Origin: Antedon mediterranea
Lineage: Eukaryota > Animalia > Echinodermata
Direction: 5' to 3'
DNA: 64,000 bases
NCBI RefSeq assembly: GCF_964355755.1
Contig: NC_092675.1
Location: forward strand, 20,246,912 to 20,310,911
Shown here piece by piece: positions 1 to 22,198 of the stretch. The notes beneath the pieces were generated by a model, which saw only the letters and a list, made by a program, of their open reading frames with translations, was not told where the DNA came from and did not search any database. A program made the position numbers and the translations under genes. Position 1 is the stretch's first letter. Each line of letters starts with the position of its first letter.

Positions 1-339
1 GGGATCATCTGGATTATTAACTCTAATGAAACTTAGTCTTTAAATATGGCTGGAAATATCATATTTGACATTTTGACCTTTTTATTCTTTCTATGTCTGT
101 AGGAATTTAATGTTGGTCTCATATTGTTCAAAATATCAATGTTTCTATGTACTTCAATGAAAATGTTTCATAAAAAATGACATGAAATGCTACCTTTGAT
201 TGTTGACATAATTTTTGCGTCAGGACAATGCTTCGATGACCACTGGTCTTAAAAGAATTAATTTTTGTCTCAAATTTGTCATGTATGTATTTTTGTACAC
301 TTGATGAATAATATCACTTTTGATATTTGACCTCAATGT

Positions 340-552
340 TCACTCACCGAATAAACGGCGATCTTTAAATAAATTCCTCTCAAATAAACGGTGACCATGT
401 CACTCCCATGAAACATCATATGGAATAATCGGCATCTATTTCCATTAGATTATACCCCTCCCATCGAATAAACAACTTTCTTCCAATAAATGTCCACCTA
501 AAAACCACCTGAACAATAAACAGCCCAGGCCGTTTTTTCAATAAATACGGTA
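340..552. mobile_element. Right end of a pogo/Tc1-like MITE
   Basis: Repeated (CG)AATAAAC subterminal motifs end in ...AATAAATACGG followed by TA. The left end was not identified. Confidence 0.35.
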
Positions 553-657
553 CTTTAAATCTAGCACATCTAGGGTCTAGCGTGCTGTTAAACAGAATAA
601 TCGGTTAAAAACGGGTGTTTCGAAACTAGAGACCCGAGACCAGAGACCACAGACCCA

Positions 658-815
658 CTACGAAAAGGGAGACCTAAATATACGAAAAGGGAGACCCACG
701 TACGAAAAGGGAGACCCCACTATACGAAAAGGGAGACCCTAATATACGAAAAAGGAGACCTAAATATACGAAAAGGGAGACCCAAATATACGAAAAGGGA
801 GACCCAAATATACAA
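658..815. repeat. ~22-bp tandem repeat (TACGAAAAGGGAGACCCAAATA-like), ~7 copies
   Basis: Directly visible; follows a CGGGTGTTTCGAAAC...GAGACC segment starting at ~612. Confidence 0.9.
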
Positions 816-819
816 AATG

Positions 820-1167
820 GAGTAGTTGTCCTGGGGGTATTTGTCCTGGGGGTATTTGTCCAGGGGGTAGTTGTCCTAAGGGAGGGGGTGTTGTCCGGGG
901 GGTAGTTGAACCGGGGGTAGTTGACCGGGGGTAGTTATCCTAAGGGGGTAGTTATCCTAAGGTAGTTGAACCGGGGGTAGTTGAACCGGGGGAGTTATCC
1001 GGGGGGTTGTTGTCCTAAGGGGGTAGTTGTCGTCCTAAGGGGGTAGTTGTCCTAAGGGCGTAGTTGTCCGGGGAGTAGTTGTCCTGGGGTAGTTGTCCTA
1101 AGGGGGTAGTTGTCCGGGTGGTAAACATCGGGGGATAACTGTCTAGGGGGTAGGTGTCCTAGAACCA
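820..1167. repeat. G-rich GGGGTAGTTGTCC(TAA) tandem repeat, probably the subterminal region of a non-autonomous DNA element
   Basis: Many degenerate 14-18-bp units end at CTAGAACC, just before the TA run where homology to units B and C begins. Confidence 0.8.
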
Positions 1168-1517
1168 TATATATATATATGAAAATGTTGTTGAAAAGTG
1201 ATATTGTACTTTGAATCTTGGTGCCAACCTAATTATAGCTTTAACATTAATAAATACTGTAGGCCTATTGTATAACTTTAAAAAAGAAATCACAGATATA
1301 TAGGAAATAATGTTTCTTTGAAGGAATAAAATGTATAGGCCTATACTTGATGTCAAACTTTCCAGACGGGTATATCGCTTTAAGCGATGCATGCGCATCA
1401 ACCAAAGACGAGGTTGAAACATCAGATTCTCTTATGTATAAAGAAATGTCTTATCACTGTTCATTCAAAACAGAGATACTCAAACACATTTATTTATTTT
1501 ATTTGTTCTTTCTTTAA

Positions 1518-2135
1518 AGCCCCCTTCCCTACGTTTTTTAGATCTAATTTAAGATCACAAACTATATTTAATGTAAAAATAATACTATATGGTCCTATTG
1601 CGATAACTTTGTCTTTAAAAGGTTTAAAATGTGAAAAATAAGTCGATTCTAATAATTATAGCGGCCCGCTATAAATCCCAAAATGCATTGCGCGCGGATT
1701 GATATTTTTGTTTTTCACCTGTAATTCGCCCACTTTTCGATCGATCGTGAGGCCAAAACAAATGGAAGACTCCTAACTTTTCAGCAAAAATACCGGGTTT
1801 TCCCCAATTTGTATCAACGGAGTCTGGCAAAAATAGAAAGACAATTAATGCAGCAACTATACAACGTCAGGCTAGGTATATAGCTAGCGTACGATGTTCG
1901 TACGTTACCGATGTTTACCAGCTAGGCCTACAGAACTAAGGCTAGGCTAGGCCTAAGACCGTCCACGAGAGGTCGATCGCCGCGAGCTACTTAGGTAGTG
2001 CATTGTTTCTCACTTTTTATCATAATTTACCATAAAACGTACATTTAAGACAAGGAATGACATGGTTTAATGTTTTTAAAGTGATATATATGTATTATTT
2101 TCCAAAAAACGTCCAAAATTGCAGGGAAGGGGTCT
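1518..2135. mobile_element. Kolobok-like non-autonomous DNA transposon (unit A only)
   Basis: TTAA TSD (1514-1517, 2136-2139); TIR AGCCCCCTTCCCT/AGGGAAGGGGTCT; empty site TCTTTAAACTG in B and C. Confidence 0.85.
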
Positions 2136-2139
2136 TTAA

Positions 2140-2425
2140 ACTGAAATACACTTTCAATACAAATGTACTGATTTCCAAAGTGGTTCAGTAAACATATTTA
2201 CAACAAAAATAAAATATAAAAGAAAAACAAAAAGAAAGAAAACCGATATAAAACTATTTACAATTGTGAAGGCAAAAGGTTAATACATATATGTTTTCTA
2301 TAGTGAAGATTTAAAAGTTGCCAAAGACATATTATGGAGTTCTGATTTTATGTTATTTGGTAGAGAATTCCATAGTTTAGTTGATCTATAAACAAAAGTT
2401 CTTTTAGCCTGAGAGTTATTCCATG
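2140..2425 (-). mobile_element. 3' end of a CR1/L2-group LINE (also in B ~27262-27555 and C ~43869-44156)
   Basis: The minus strand translates to WNNSQAKRTFVYRSTKLWNSLPNNIKSELHNMSLATFKSSL*, with the typical LWNSLP C-terminus. The tail at ~1488-1513 is separated from it by the Kolobok-like insertion. Confidence 0.8.
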
Positions 2426-3015
2426 AAGTCATTATTACACATATACCCAAGCACAATATCTATGTATTTTCCACTCTGTCTGATCTAATTAATACCCCTT
2501 TTTTTTACACTGCCAAGCTATGTGAAAGTGTTCTCTTCCTTTTATTATTGATATTGTATAGTTTTCCAGTTTTAATTTTTGTTTTAGTCATAGTCAATTG
2601 ACTATGTTTTAGTGTAGTGTAATATGAGGTTCTACAGCTATATTAAATATGCAAGGTCTTGTACTCACCTCATAAATATTGGGCATAGGTATGTAAACAA
2701 AGACAGATATCATGTATCAAGTTATCTTAATCTCTACAATTCACTTCTATTATAACATCAGTGCTATGAACATCATAGTCTTTTCTGCAGAGTTTCTTTA
2801 AAATTAACATTACCAAAACTCAATTTTGTAATTTGTTAACTGTAGTGTAAGTAAAAATCAATATTACAATTTTCTTGTTATACAATTATGATTTAACCAT
2901 GTAGGTTTATGTAATGATTTAGTTTGTATTATTAACATACAGAACAGCATGTACAGTGTCACAAACACAATGTAATGGTGTGGCCAATCAGATTATAAGG
3001 GACATAAATTATTTT

Positions 3016-3179
3016 GGACTAGTAGGTTAGGACTAGTAGGTTAGGACTAGTAGGTTAGGACTAGTAGGTTAGGACTAGTAGGTTAGGACTAGTAGGTTAG
3101 GACTAGTAGGTTAGGACTAGTAGGTTAGGACTAGTAGGTTAGGACTAGTAGGTTAGGACTAGTAGGTTAGGACTAGTAG
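3016..3179. repeat. 14-bp VNTR (GGACTAGTAGGTTA), 11 copies plus a partial
   Basis: Perfect tandem repeat. Confidence 0.97.
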
Positions 3180-3510
3180 TTGAACCTGAATGAATGGCAT
3201 ACTGTTACAGTGTTTTGTATAATTATTTTAGTAGGGAGAACCGGTACCTCATTAACAGTCAATGTATAAGGGTTGCAGTGTTGCGTATGTCTTTATACTT
3301 TCCGTTAATAATAATTAAACAATTATCTAATCAAACTTCGTAATCTAGTAATATAATAAAGCTCAATATAAAGTAACAAATGTCAAGAATAAGTAAACGA
3401 CAGAAAATAAATATTCCTTTGCTTTATAATTAATCAGTACATAAGTTCACAATACGCAAGTACATAAGTTCGTTCCAGGTTGACTTGATGCGGAATACAT
3501 TGCGCATCAC

Positions 3511-3770
3511 TTAGGGGCCTTTCACACCTGTTCTGGCATGGTTCTGGTTCGGCGAATCGAACGGCAATGTTTCGTTTTCACTATGCTCCACATGGCTATG
3601 CGCCAATCGATATGCGCATGGCCGCGTAAAAATGAAACATTGGCTTTGCCAGCGCCAGACTGGAACCGTGCAGACGGGCCCTTTACCCGTGTGGTTCAGC
3701 GACCGGGTTGACTTTTTACGTTGTTTAAACCGGCCTGAATTTCTGCGTCCCAGGTACAATTCGGGTTACT
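3511..3770. mobile_element. Harbinger-like MITE fragment (all three units)
   Basis: TTA/TAA followed by a GGGCCTTTCACAC-type terminus and a GC-richer interior; matching right end not found. Confidence 0.35.
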
Positions 3771-3914
3771 TAATTCTGGATCAACTTGATTTGAGTTGTT
3801 ATTTGTCCTAGACTCCTACTGTAAATTCAAACTATACTTTCAAATGATGTTTTTATTTACGATATAATTTTGTACACAATTTTAATTTCAGTGATTTTTT
3901 TTATGAATGGTGGG

Positions 3915-3932
3915 TAATTTCTTTTTTTTCAG
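3915..3932 (+). promoter_or_regulatory. Candidate splice acceptor of the ZF exon (also AG at 31364-31365 and 50783-50784)
   Basis: TAAT, a pyrimidine tract and CAG, conserved in all three units 82 nt upstream of the ATG. Confidence 0.6.
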
Positions 3933-4014
3933 TGACTTCTTGAAAGTGTACCAATACCCAGCGGTGGAAAACCGGGGCAAGTCAGGCTTACAGTACTTAT
4001 GCCATCTGTGAATA

Positions 4015-13283
<9,269 letters not shown>

Positions 13284-14254
13284 ACATTGTGGGATGGAAT
13301 TGTTCATTGATAATTAAGTTTTGTGATCTTTTTTCTCTTTAATTGTTTTATATTTTCAATATCATTGAATATTATAGTATAGGCCTAACTAATATATCTT
13401 ATCAGCTCTGTCTACACTATCAAACGTTATGAGACTAAAACGTGTAGACATAGCTTTAGAGAACTTTTTTGTAATTGTTTTTTTTTCTTTTGATGTTTTA
13501 TTTTCTGTTTAAAAATAAGTTTTTTGAGCTGTGATCGTTAAAATTTTATATTTGTTGCATATTTTATATATGTTTGTTGAATTCAACATAAAGATATTGT
13601 ATGATGTGTTTATGAATAAATATACAGTACCTTGAATTATTATATTGTGGGGTTTTCTCGATATACCTTCATCCTTCAAATCTTTTAGGAAAAAAAAGCA
13701 CCATTATTATAAAGAAGGTCATCTATTTTTATTTTGTGAATATTCTGTGAGACTCCACTAAAAAACCATGTTTTGTGGTATATGTTGTCATTGTACGTAC
13801 GGTAAGTTAAGCTGAGCTTTTTCTCCATGATTACTTTAAGTATGCGAACTCAACCAATCCAAGTCTTGAAATTTAAGAAATTATTGTAAGATATGTAGTA
13901 ACACTTTTTAAAAACTTTTTGGAAATTATTTATTACAATTGCATATGTATTTAAACAAATAGAGAGACTAGGCATCGGAATCTTAACACATTTCTATTTA
14001 TATTTCTGACATAACTTAAGTATTCCTAAAATTGAGGGTGCCAAAAATAAAATTTAGGAGATTGAAAGGAAGCGGGAAGCCACAAACAAAAACAAAATTA
14101 TGGTGTGCTCCCTAGCACGATATGGTTATCTGTGGTACCACGACATCAAATGCTTTGATGTTATCGCCTTATGATGTGTGGTGGAAAGGGGGACGTTTAA
14201 ATCTGTGAACCCTAAACACAGAAGCTCGCATAGCTTTAACTCTATTCCACCGAC

Positions 14255-14510
14255 CGACAAGGGATCGATTCAACACGACGCTCTGCCGACTGAGCTATCC
14301 GGCCCTCTGGTTTATCGCAAGGCTAAAACTAGATTCGTTTCTTCAAAATTACGTCATGAATATGCAAATTTATGACGTATAAGACTATACTATCGTCACC
14401 CTTTATTACTCATGTACATTGTTGCATAACAGATAGTGCTCTAGTAACTATCGTTTGAATTCTCTCAACTCTAATAGCTGGGGTTTAACGACTCTCTACG
14501 GATTTTTTTT
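14255..14510. other. Divergent pair of degenerate tRNA-like sequences inside a repeat element (also in B and C)
   Basis: Minus strand CCGGATAGCTCAGTCGGCAGAGCG. The plus-strand half has a degenerate A box, GCTGGGGTT and a T-run. The spacer has ATGCAAAT and TGACGT motifs. Confidence 0.5.
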
Positions 14511-16784
14511 AAAAATAAATATAAATTGTTTTTCTTTTATTTTGAAGGAGAGATATTTAGAGAGTCAAATTAATTTAGGATAATCACAACGATATATTTA
14601 GTGTAGACAACACAATAAAACATTCTTAATATCAGGTAAAAAATAATACTGTTTCTTAATTGCTGTCCTAATGCAAATAAACACATAATAATAATTACAT
14701 ACACCCTGTATATTAGTACTTTAAATATCGATAGGCTTTTTCAGTTGTTGAGGCATACTGTACATTCTGGAAACTTAATTATAAAAATATTTTTTTAAAC
14801 ACATTTATTATAAATTTTTTCAATACACGCCCTTATATTGGAAGGTATGCTTGGTTGAATTAATTTGAAAAATCATTTTAAAAATAGGCCACGTACAAAA
14901 TTATAACATTACATAAACTCATTACAAAAATACATTTATAGAAAATATTCAAAATAGCCTATAAGGAAGATTAGGAGCTTTTTTCCGTTAGGGTCCTTTC
15001 ATGTGACTTATCAGGATTTAATCCAAATAATAACAATCTTTGTGAAATCGTTCGTTTATTCTTAAAGAGATGGATATATTGTTTACTGTAATATTTCTGA
15101 ATACGCAAACATGAATAGTAGCAGCAAGTACTTGGGTAACATATGGTAAGAAATGATTGTTTTAAGAAAAAAAAAAGCGGGGGGGAAGTTAAAAAAGTAT
15201 AAAGCACACATGCAGTGTGGGTTTTTTGTTCGAATTTAATCTAAAAAACAAATACGTAGTAATAAATAATGTAATTAAAACTACGTCACTTGTGTAGTGG
15301 CGTGGACGAATGTAAAAATAGGAAAGTTTGCACTTTGTTCGTTACACAAACTTATACATTTTGCGCATCCACCACGATTAAAAAACGGAATTGCACTGGG
15401 AAGGGTTTTAATACTATACATCTAAATGAATTAATTATCTGCCATCTTTGATCCAATCTAAATTTTCCACTCTTTTAGCTGTTCGTTTTACAAATAGTAC
15501 ATATTTTTTGCTATCACACGCGCCAATACCATCGGGGTATCATAAGGGAAGCTCAGTTTAACTACATTTGGGCGATCTACCTATAGTAAATCAATGTAGA
15601 CCTATGGATGACATTTTTCCGAAAGAAATTGATATAGGCTACCACGGTACTCGCATCTGGTGTAATATGCCTATTGCGACATTCAGACGGCTTTTTACTA
15701 TATTGGATAAATGGAACGTGTTTTATATAAAGCACTGATCATTTCTTCGTCGTCTAAGTTTGTAAAGGGGTTCTGAAGTGGTGTACATGGGTTCTCAAGT
15801 GGTTAACAGGTAGCTGTCCCTGCTCAACGCAGAATTGCGACACACCGCAACATCATCACTAGATTGGATTGTCTTAAAGGGTAATTCCGGGCATTTTTTT
15901 AAGGGGGGATTATTTCACGACGATGCGCGTTGTTCTTTACCGCTGACGAATAATAAAGTGGGGTTATTTAAAGTTTATATTTTATAAATTTTATCCCTGG
16001 AGTTACTTTAATTTTAATGCTTTTGTGAACGTCTTTCATCGTAGCCTTTGCATTTTATATTTTTACATCAACCCAACCCCTTCCCCCGCAAAACCCACGA
16101 ATTTCCGATGTAACTAGCTAGTCGCAATAAATATTTGTTATTATTAATGCTGCGAAGTATCCGGTGTAATGCACTCGCGGTATCTTCTTCTCTCGAGTCG
16201 ATAGGCCCTAGGGTTAATTTTTAAAACTGCTAAATCGACAACGAAACTCCACTAAATACATGATATTTAGCAAGTGCCTGGGGAAATTATGATCAATTCT
16301 GCAGTGTTTTCTATTCCTTTAGTTAATTTATAGAGAAAGACACTTTATCTCACAAAAGCCGACTTTTCAACACATTCACGTAAACTTAAAACGGTTAAAG
16401 AAAACTCATTTCCGTGGCCAGCAGGGTGTGTCAAACTTGTAGAATAGGCTTAGAATATTATGCTTAATGATGCGTTTTAATATTTGACTTGTACTGAATA
16501 TTCGTCGTCTAATAGAAAATAATTCGATTCTCAAACAAAATCCGTACGTGAACACGGACCACCACGACACTTAATTTTAGCGGTGGTGGTCTCTAGTCGA
16601 CACTCTAACATTTTGGCAAGTAGAATTTAAAATACACTGAATCTTTAGTGCGAACAAAATAAAGAAACGGCCTCTATATTCTTGTCATCTAACTTGTCTT
16701 CATCAGTGATAGTGGTTACCTTGATTCTGCTTACCTATGTTGACGTTACTTGAATATTCATCAAGTACAACATTGGTCCTATTG

Positions 16785-16870
16785 TAATATAATATAATAA
16801 TATAACATAACAATTTATATAGCGCACTTATCCACTAAAAGTGCTCAAGACGCTATTACAATTGAAGTGA
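16785..16870 (-). mobile_element. L2-type LINE/SINE 3' tail (also in B)
   Basis: Reverse complement reads GCGCTATATAAAT followed by a (TTATA/TTATG)n tail. Confidence 0.6.
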
Positions 16871-17060
16871 ATATGCCCAGAAAATGTAGCAAGAGAAAAC
16901 CGACGTCACAGTAGAACCCCACGAGGACTAAAATCTAGGCCAAATTTCAGGGGTAGCAAGCGTGTCTAAAAATCTGAATGATCATGCAGCACATTATGTT
17001 TTACAATTACGACGAATAAATTCAAAGTTAGACGATGTATTCCTAGTCCGCAAGTCATAT

Positions 17061-17209
17061 AACTCGGTTCCTATTTTTGGACGTAAGCGCACCGCCAGTA
17101 ATTTGACCAATCACGTCGCGATGGATCATCCGAATTGTCGCTTGTGATTGGTCAATTCACAATCCCGTTACGCCTATGTCACACCTTGCGTTCAAATAGG
17201 AACTAAGCT
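17061..17209. mobile_element. ~150-bp palindromic MITE (also in B ~40806-40954)
   Basis: Imperfect TIR AACTCGGTTCCTATTT/AAATAGGAACTAAGCT with an inner inverted pair TTGACCAATCAC/GTGATTGGTCAA. Confidence 0.7.
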
Positions 17210-17771
17210 TGTACGGTACTTATTTGTAAAGTTTTTTTTGTGTATTTATTCCGCATTGCTGTTCGCCTTAAAATGTTGTTCGATCATCTGCGATATGCAC
17301 AATATCATAATGGCATCAAATTTATGAATGTGATCGAGTGGGTATACTGTAGGCCTACCAGTGAGTCTTTTTTTTAAACCATAGACCTACATTTCTTCTT
17401 TTTTTCTTCTTCGCCGTTTTAACTTAATTGAAACAGACTAAAGCTATAACTATGAAATTAATTAATGATAAAATTATCGAACTGAAAAACAGAATTAATA
17501 TTCTTGTAGGCCTCCATACTGTTGCATTTGTTGATACACATAAAACGAAGTAACGTTTCCAAAAAACATGACATTAACGTATTGGAAATGGAAAAACACA
17601 CCTATTAAAAGTTTTATTCAAAGTGTATTGTCCACTAGGCAAATGTTTTATTTCGCGAGAACGCAATGCGTATAAATATTTTCATCTATTGTGCTTTTTG
17701 ACACGAAAAAATGACATACCGACGTACCTAACATCAGAGTTCATAGGATGTTCGATTCGCGGAAATATATC

Positions 17772-17980
17772 GCTTTGTGAAAAACGAACCCCCGACATAC
17801 GTGTGTTAACACGACGCTCAGACGACTGAGCTAAATTACTGATCATTTTATCAATTACGTAATACACGTATAAATAGACTTTTATCAGCTTTTCAGTCAT
17901 GTACTTGGTGGCGTAACGGGTAATGCTCAGTTTTGAGTGCTATCGGCTGGGGTTCGAACCTCGACGGATATTTTTTTTTT
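17772..17980. other. Second divergent pair of tRNA-like Pol III promoter sequences
   Basis: Plus strand: A box TGGCGTAACGG (17909), B box GGTTCGAACC (17951), T10 (17971). Minus strand from 17833: TAGCTCAGTCG...GGTTCG. Confidence 0.6.
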
Positions 17981-18374
17981 ATGAATATTGGTTTTTTTTT
18001 AAAAGAGAGATAGTGACACTGTATTGTCGAATATGGATGGCACCATACCGGTAGGTATTCAAATATGCTTAATCGATGTAAAAATACTTTTAAAATAATA
18101 ATTCATCAATTCTCATCTTTTTCTTATCTCGTAAAAACTTTTATTACAATTCCTTGGAAGTCATTCTAAGAAATAATACATCACCTGAAACCTGTAATAA
18201 TTGTATAATATAAAATATTACACATTTTCTGTATGTAGTAGGTAGTTTAAGCGTATACACACATTCTCACGATGCCATTGCGTACACATTGTGATGACAG
18301 CCTGGTTATGAAGACGTGTCACATGACAATCACAGTAAAATATTCACAAACCAATCCGATCGGCCTACACATTC

Positions 18375-18690
18375 AATGTCATTTCATTTCATTTCATTTA
18401 TTTATTTCACTTTACAACTATATAAATATACAGTGGAGGAGCCTAAAAGAAAGCAAAGCTTGTGGTGAATAGGCTCCTCAAAACAAAACAAAAATAAAAT
18501 AGAAATAATATATAACACAATTAGAAACTTAAAAAAACAACAATTTAACTAATATCTTTTCTCTAACACATAAGTTTAAAACTAAAAAACAAGTAAAAAA
18601 TAGATTATATAAATTATTTTAAAAATATCCAAATATGTCATTAATAAAAGAATTTACAAAGAACCTTCAACCAATAATAGTTTAAATTGA
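18375..18690 (-). mobile_element. LINE 3' end with (GAAAT)n tail (all three units)
   Basis: (CATTT)n/(ATTT)n tract with an adjacent GAGGAGCCTA...TAGGCTCCTC stem-loop. Confidence 0.55.
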
Positions 18691-19710
18691 CGTTAAATAA
18701 AGCACCGTCCGTACGTATACACTTGTTGATGTGTATAAACGCACACCGTCACTGCGTACGTATTATTATACGCCTATGAATGACAGCCTCGTTATGAAGA
18801 CGTGTCACATGACAAACGTCTTCAAATATTCACAAACATTCCACCAATCAACTTAGTGACTTATTTCTATTTTATATCACTGTGCTCCACTGGTGCTAAA
18901 TTTGATCCACTGAACCAGTTACCGTAGTACTATTTCTATTTCGGAAGTAAATAAAGGCATAAATGGCGCTCTGTAGAAGTAGAGAATGTTCGATCGTCGA
19001 AATGACACTCTGAATATACCTCCACATTTTGGGGATTTGGCATTATTTTTCCCAATCTGGCATTAATATTTGAGGCTACAGTACAGCATAATTTAAATTA
19101 TCAACGCTGACCAAAGAAGGAAGGATATTGACATTATCAATGACAATGTTTAAATATTAAACTAATACAGTATTAATAAAATATAAAATAGGCCTAACAT
19201 ACAATAAATATTCAATTTTTAAGGTCTACCACATGACAATAACATAATTTACAGAGTATAGTGTAGTAGGTACAACATAAATATTTGTATTGTAATTCAT
19301 CTAAATCCTCTCCAACATACATATATTTGTAATTCAATATTTTGTTTTAAATAATTAAATTATAGTTTGGGTATGACAATGTCGGTAGGTACCGGTGTCA
19401 TCTTTTTATCCAGTTCACTCTCAGTTTGAAGTCACAAAGACAAAGAACTCTGCATCATCAACGATTCCTGAAAGTGTCAGAAAAAATAATAAATATTATT
19501 TAAAAAAATTTTTAATGTCAAATGGAAGCTGTATTTTATTAATTAATATTACAGTATTTGCTATTATTATTTATAATAATCTAGGCCTACTAGTAGCCTA
19601 GCTAGGCACCTATTGAGCCTAATAAATCAAATAATAAATGAAAAATAAAATAATAATATTAATACTGATTGAAAACAAGTATTTTTTGGGGGGATCAGAT
19701 CACCAGGCTA

Positions 19711-21523
19711 GGCCGGCCGCGATTTTTTTTTTCGTACATAAGTTGGGGACCCCCTCATGAAACGTCACAAAATAAACATGAATAATTCATCAGTTAAATT
19801 TTCTTGTTCCGTGTGCACCCAAGCGTATTGCGGTACGATTCTAGGCCTATCTCCGCTGTTGTTGCGGCGTGCGATTCCATAGAAGAATAGCTGCGTTTTG
19901 TGTGGATTGTCGAAATAATCAGCCTTTAGTTTATGGTGTTTTTTAATAGAATAACGTGTTAAAAATTATAGTTTCTATTAATACTATTAGGCCTAATTAT
20001 TAGTCTCTAAAGCCCATGTCTATTATAGTAGTCTGTGTGGGTGTGTGTGGCGTGTGTGTTAGGTATGACACAGTCCGAGTAAAGTCAGAAAAATTAAACA
20101 ATAATCCTTACATAAAAATACATTTTTTATTCTCGTGGGTCTAGTCTTCCCATCTCATGTGTTCATATACGCGCATTTTTAAAGTTCCTTTGAGTACATG
20201 CAAATTGTTTGATAATAAAATAGCAGAATTAAAAAAATACAGCACACAAATTATACACATTCTTTATTCTTGTGGCTCTAAGCTTTCTTTGGGCTATGTC
20301 CAATGAATTACTACTTAGTGTAATGTCTTGCCTAGCTGTCGATTAGCCTCGACTCGACACATTTTGCATAGTGGTGTGTGTGTGAAGAAGAGTGCGCGAA
20401 GGCAATCACATGAATTGACTTAGAATCCTAGGCCTACTGTAGAAAGTATCGTATCGCAGTTGTGTAATCACTTCTTGTTACTATACGCTTGGGTGCACGC
20501 GGAACAAAAAATTTAACTGATGAATTATTCATGTTTATTTTGTGACGTTTCATGAGGGGGTCCCCAACTTATGTACGAAAAAAAAAATCGCGGGCGGGCT
20601 GCGATTTTTTTTTTCGTACATAAGTTGGGGACCCCCTCATGAAACGTCACAAAATAAACATGAATAATTCATCAGTTCAATTTGTTGTTCCGTGTGCACC
20701 CAAGCGTATAGCAACAAGAAGTGATTACACGCACGACTAAACTGCGATACGATTCTTTCTACAATAGGCCTAGGATTCTAGGTCAATTCACGTGATTGCC
20801 TTCGCGCACACAAAATGTGTCGAGGCTAATCGACAGCTAGGCAAGATATTAAACTAAGTACTGTAGTTAATTGGACATAGCCCAAAGAAAGCTTAGACCC
20901 ACAAGAATAAAAAATGTGTATAATTTGTGTACTGTAATTTTGTAATTCTATTTTATTATCAAACAATATGCATGTACTCAAAGGAACTTTAAAAATGCGC
21001 GTATATGAACACATGAGATGGGAAGATTAGACCCACGAGAATAAAAAATGTATTTTTGTGAAATGTTTATTGTTTAATTTTGCTGACTTATTACTCGGAC
21101 TGTGTCATACCTAACACACACACGTCACACACACCCACAGTACACAGCTACTACTAGAATAGACATGGGTTTAGAGACTAATAATTAGGCCTAATAGTAT
21201 TAATAGAAACTATAATCAGGGAGTTGTTATTAGAACACGTAATTCTTTAGTAATAAATTATATTAAAAACACCATAAACTAAAGGCTGATTATTTCGACA
21301 ATCCACACAAAACGACGCTATGAAATCGCACGCCGCAACCACAGCGGATCGAGATAGGCCTAGAATCGTATCGCAGTTGTATTGTGTAATCACTTCTTGT
21401 TGCTATACGCTTGGGTGCACACGGAACAAGAAAATTTAACTGATGAATTATTCATGTTTATTTTGTGACGTTTCATGAGGGGGTCCCCAACTTATGTACG
21501 AAAAAAAAAATCGCAGGCCGGCC
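19711..21523. mobile_element. 1.8-kb palindrome made of two inverted copies of a ~900-bp element, each with ~120-bp TIRs
   Basis: The TIR GCGATTTTTTTTTTCGTACATAAGTTGGGGACCCCC... occurs four times in alternating orientation. The interiors are reverse complements, with the centre at ~20595. No clear TSD. Confidence 0.85.
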
Positions 21524-22198
21524 AGGACCAATGATACTCGTAATCAGTACAACTTAACGACTATCGGATCAGCATCAACACAGTACAACACACGTCTCGC
21601 TATCGCCTATACTGACACACGTGTCTCGCGTTGCCGAAACCACGCTCACAGCTAGAAAATGTACCTACCTTTCGAGGCCTGAGAATACACCAACAAATTT
21701 TGAACAGGATAGAAATATATCATACTCGATTAAACTAATATTATTCTTGATAAAACAATTGATTATAATTGTTTTAATTTGTTGGGATGCACCTCCGACT
21801 ATTCAGAAAATGGACAACAAAACAGTAGTCAAATCGTACCACATTTATAAATTTCACGAGTCCCGACTTCAGTCGCCGAATGTATTGTATTAGCTTCGGT
21901 TTCTTTGAAGGAAACCGATTGGTTATTCAATTATACTTATTAGGAAATGCTTTTACCATAATAGGTAATGTTGGGCGGTTCTTAAATATTCATGAGAGCT
22001 TAAAATAAAACAGCACTTATTTGCTAGGCGACGAAAAATCGTGGTTTCAGTTTTCAACGATAGGTGGCGCTTCAAAATCGTCAATGCGGAAGTAAGTCGA
22101 TTTTACACGATTTAACGGTCAAAACGCGAAGTGGCTTTCCCACTGTCCACATTTTGGGGATTTGGCGTTACTGTATTTTTCGCAATCTGAGACAGGCT

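Noticed and set aside
2983-3000. CCAAT plus TATA core promoter before the VNTR
   Set aside because: The ~5-bp spacing is atypical, and such motifs are common in AT-rich DNA.
4009-4011. Selenocysteine codon (C-x-x-U)
   Set aside because: No SECIS was recognised and there is no redox-fold context; a nonsense change or 5' UTR is simpler.
17897-17980. Functional tRNA gene
   Set aside because: A and B boxes are present, but I could not fold a convincing cloverleaf or acceptor stem.
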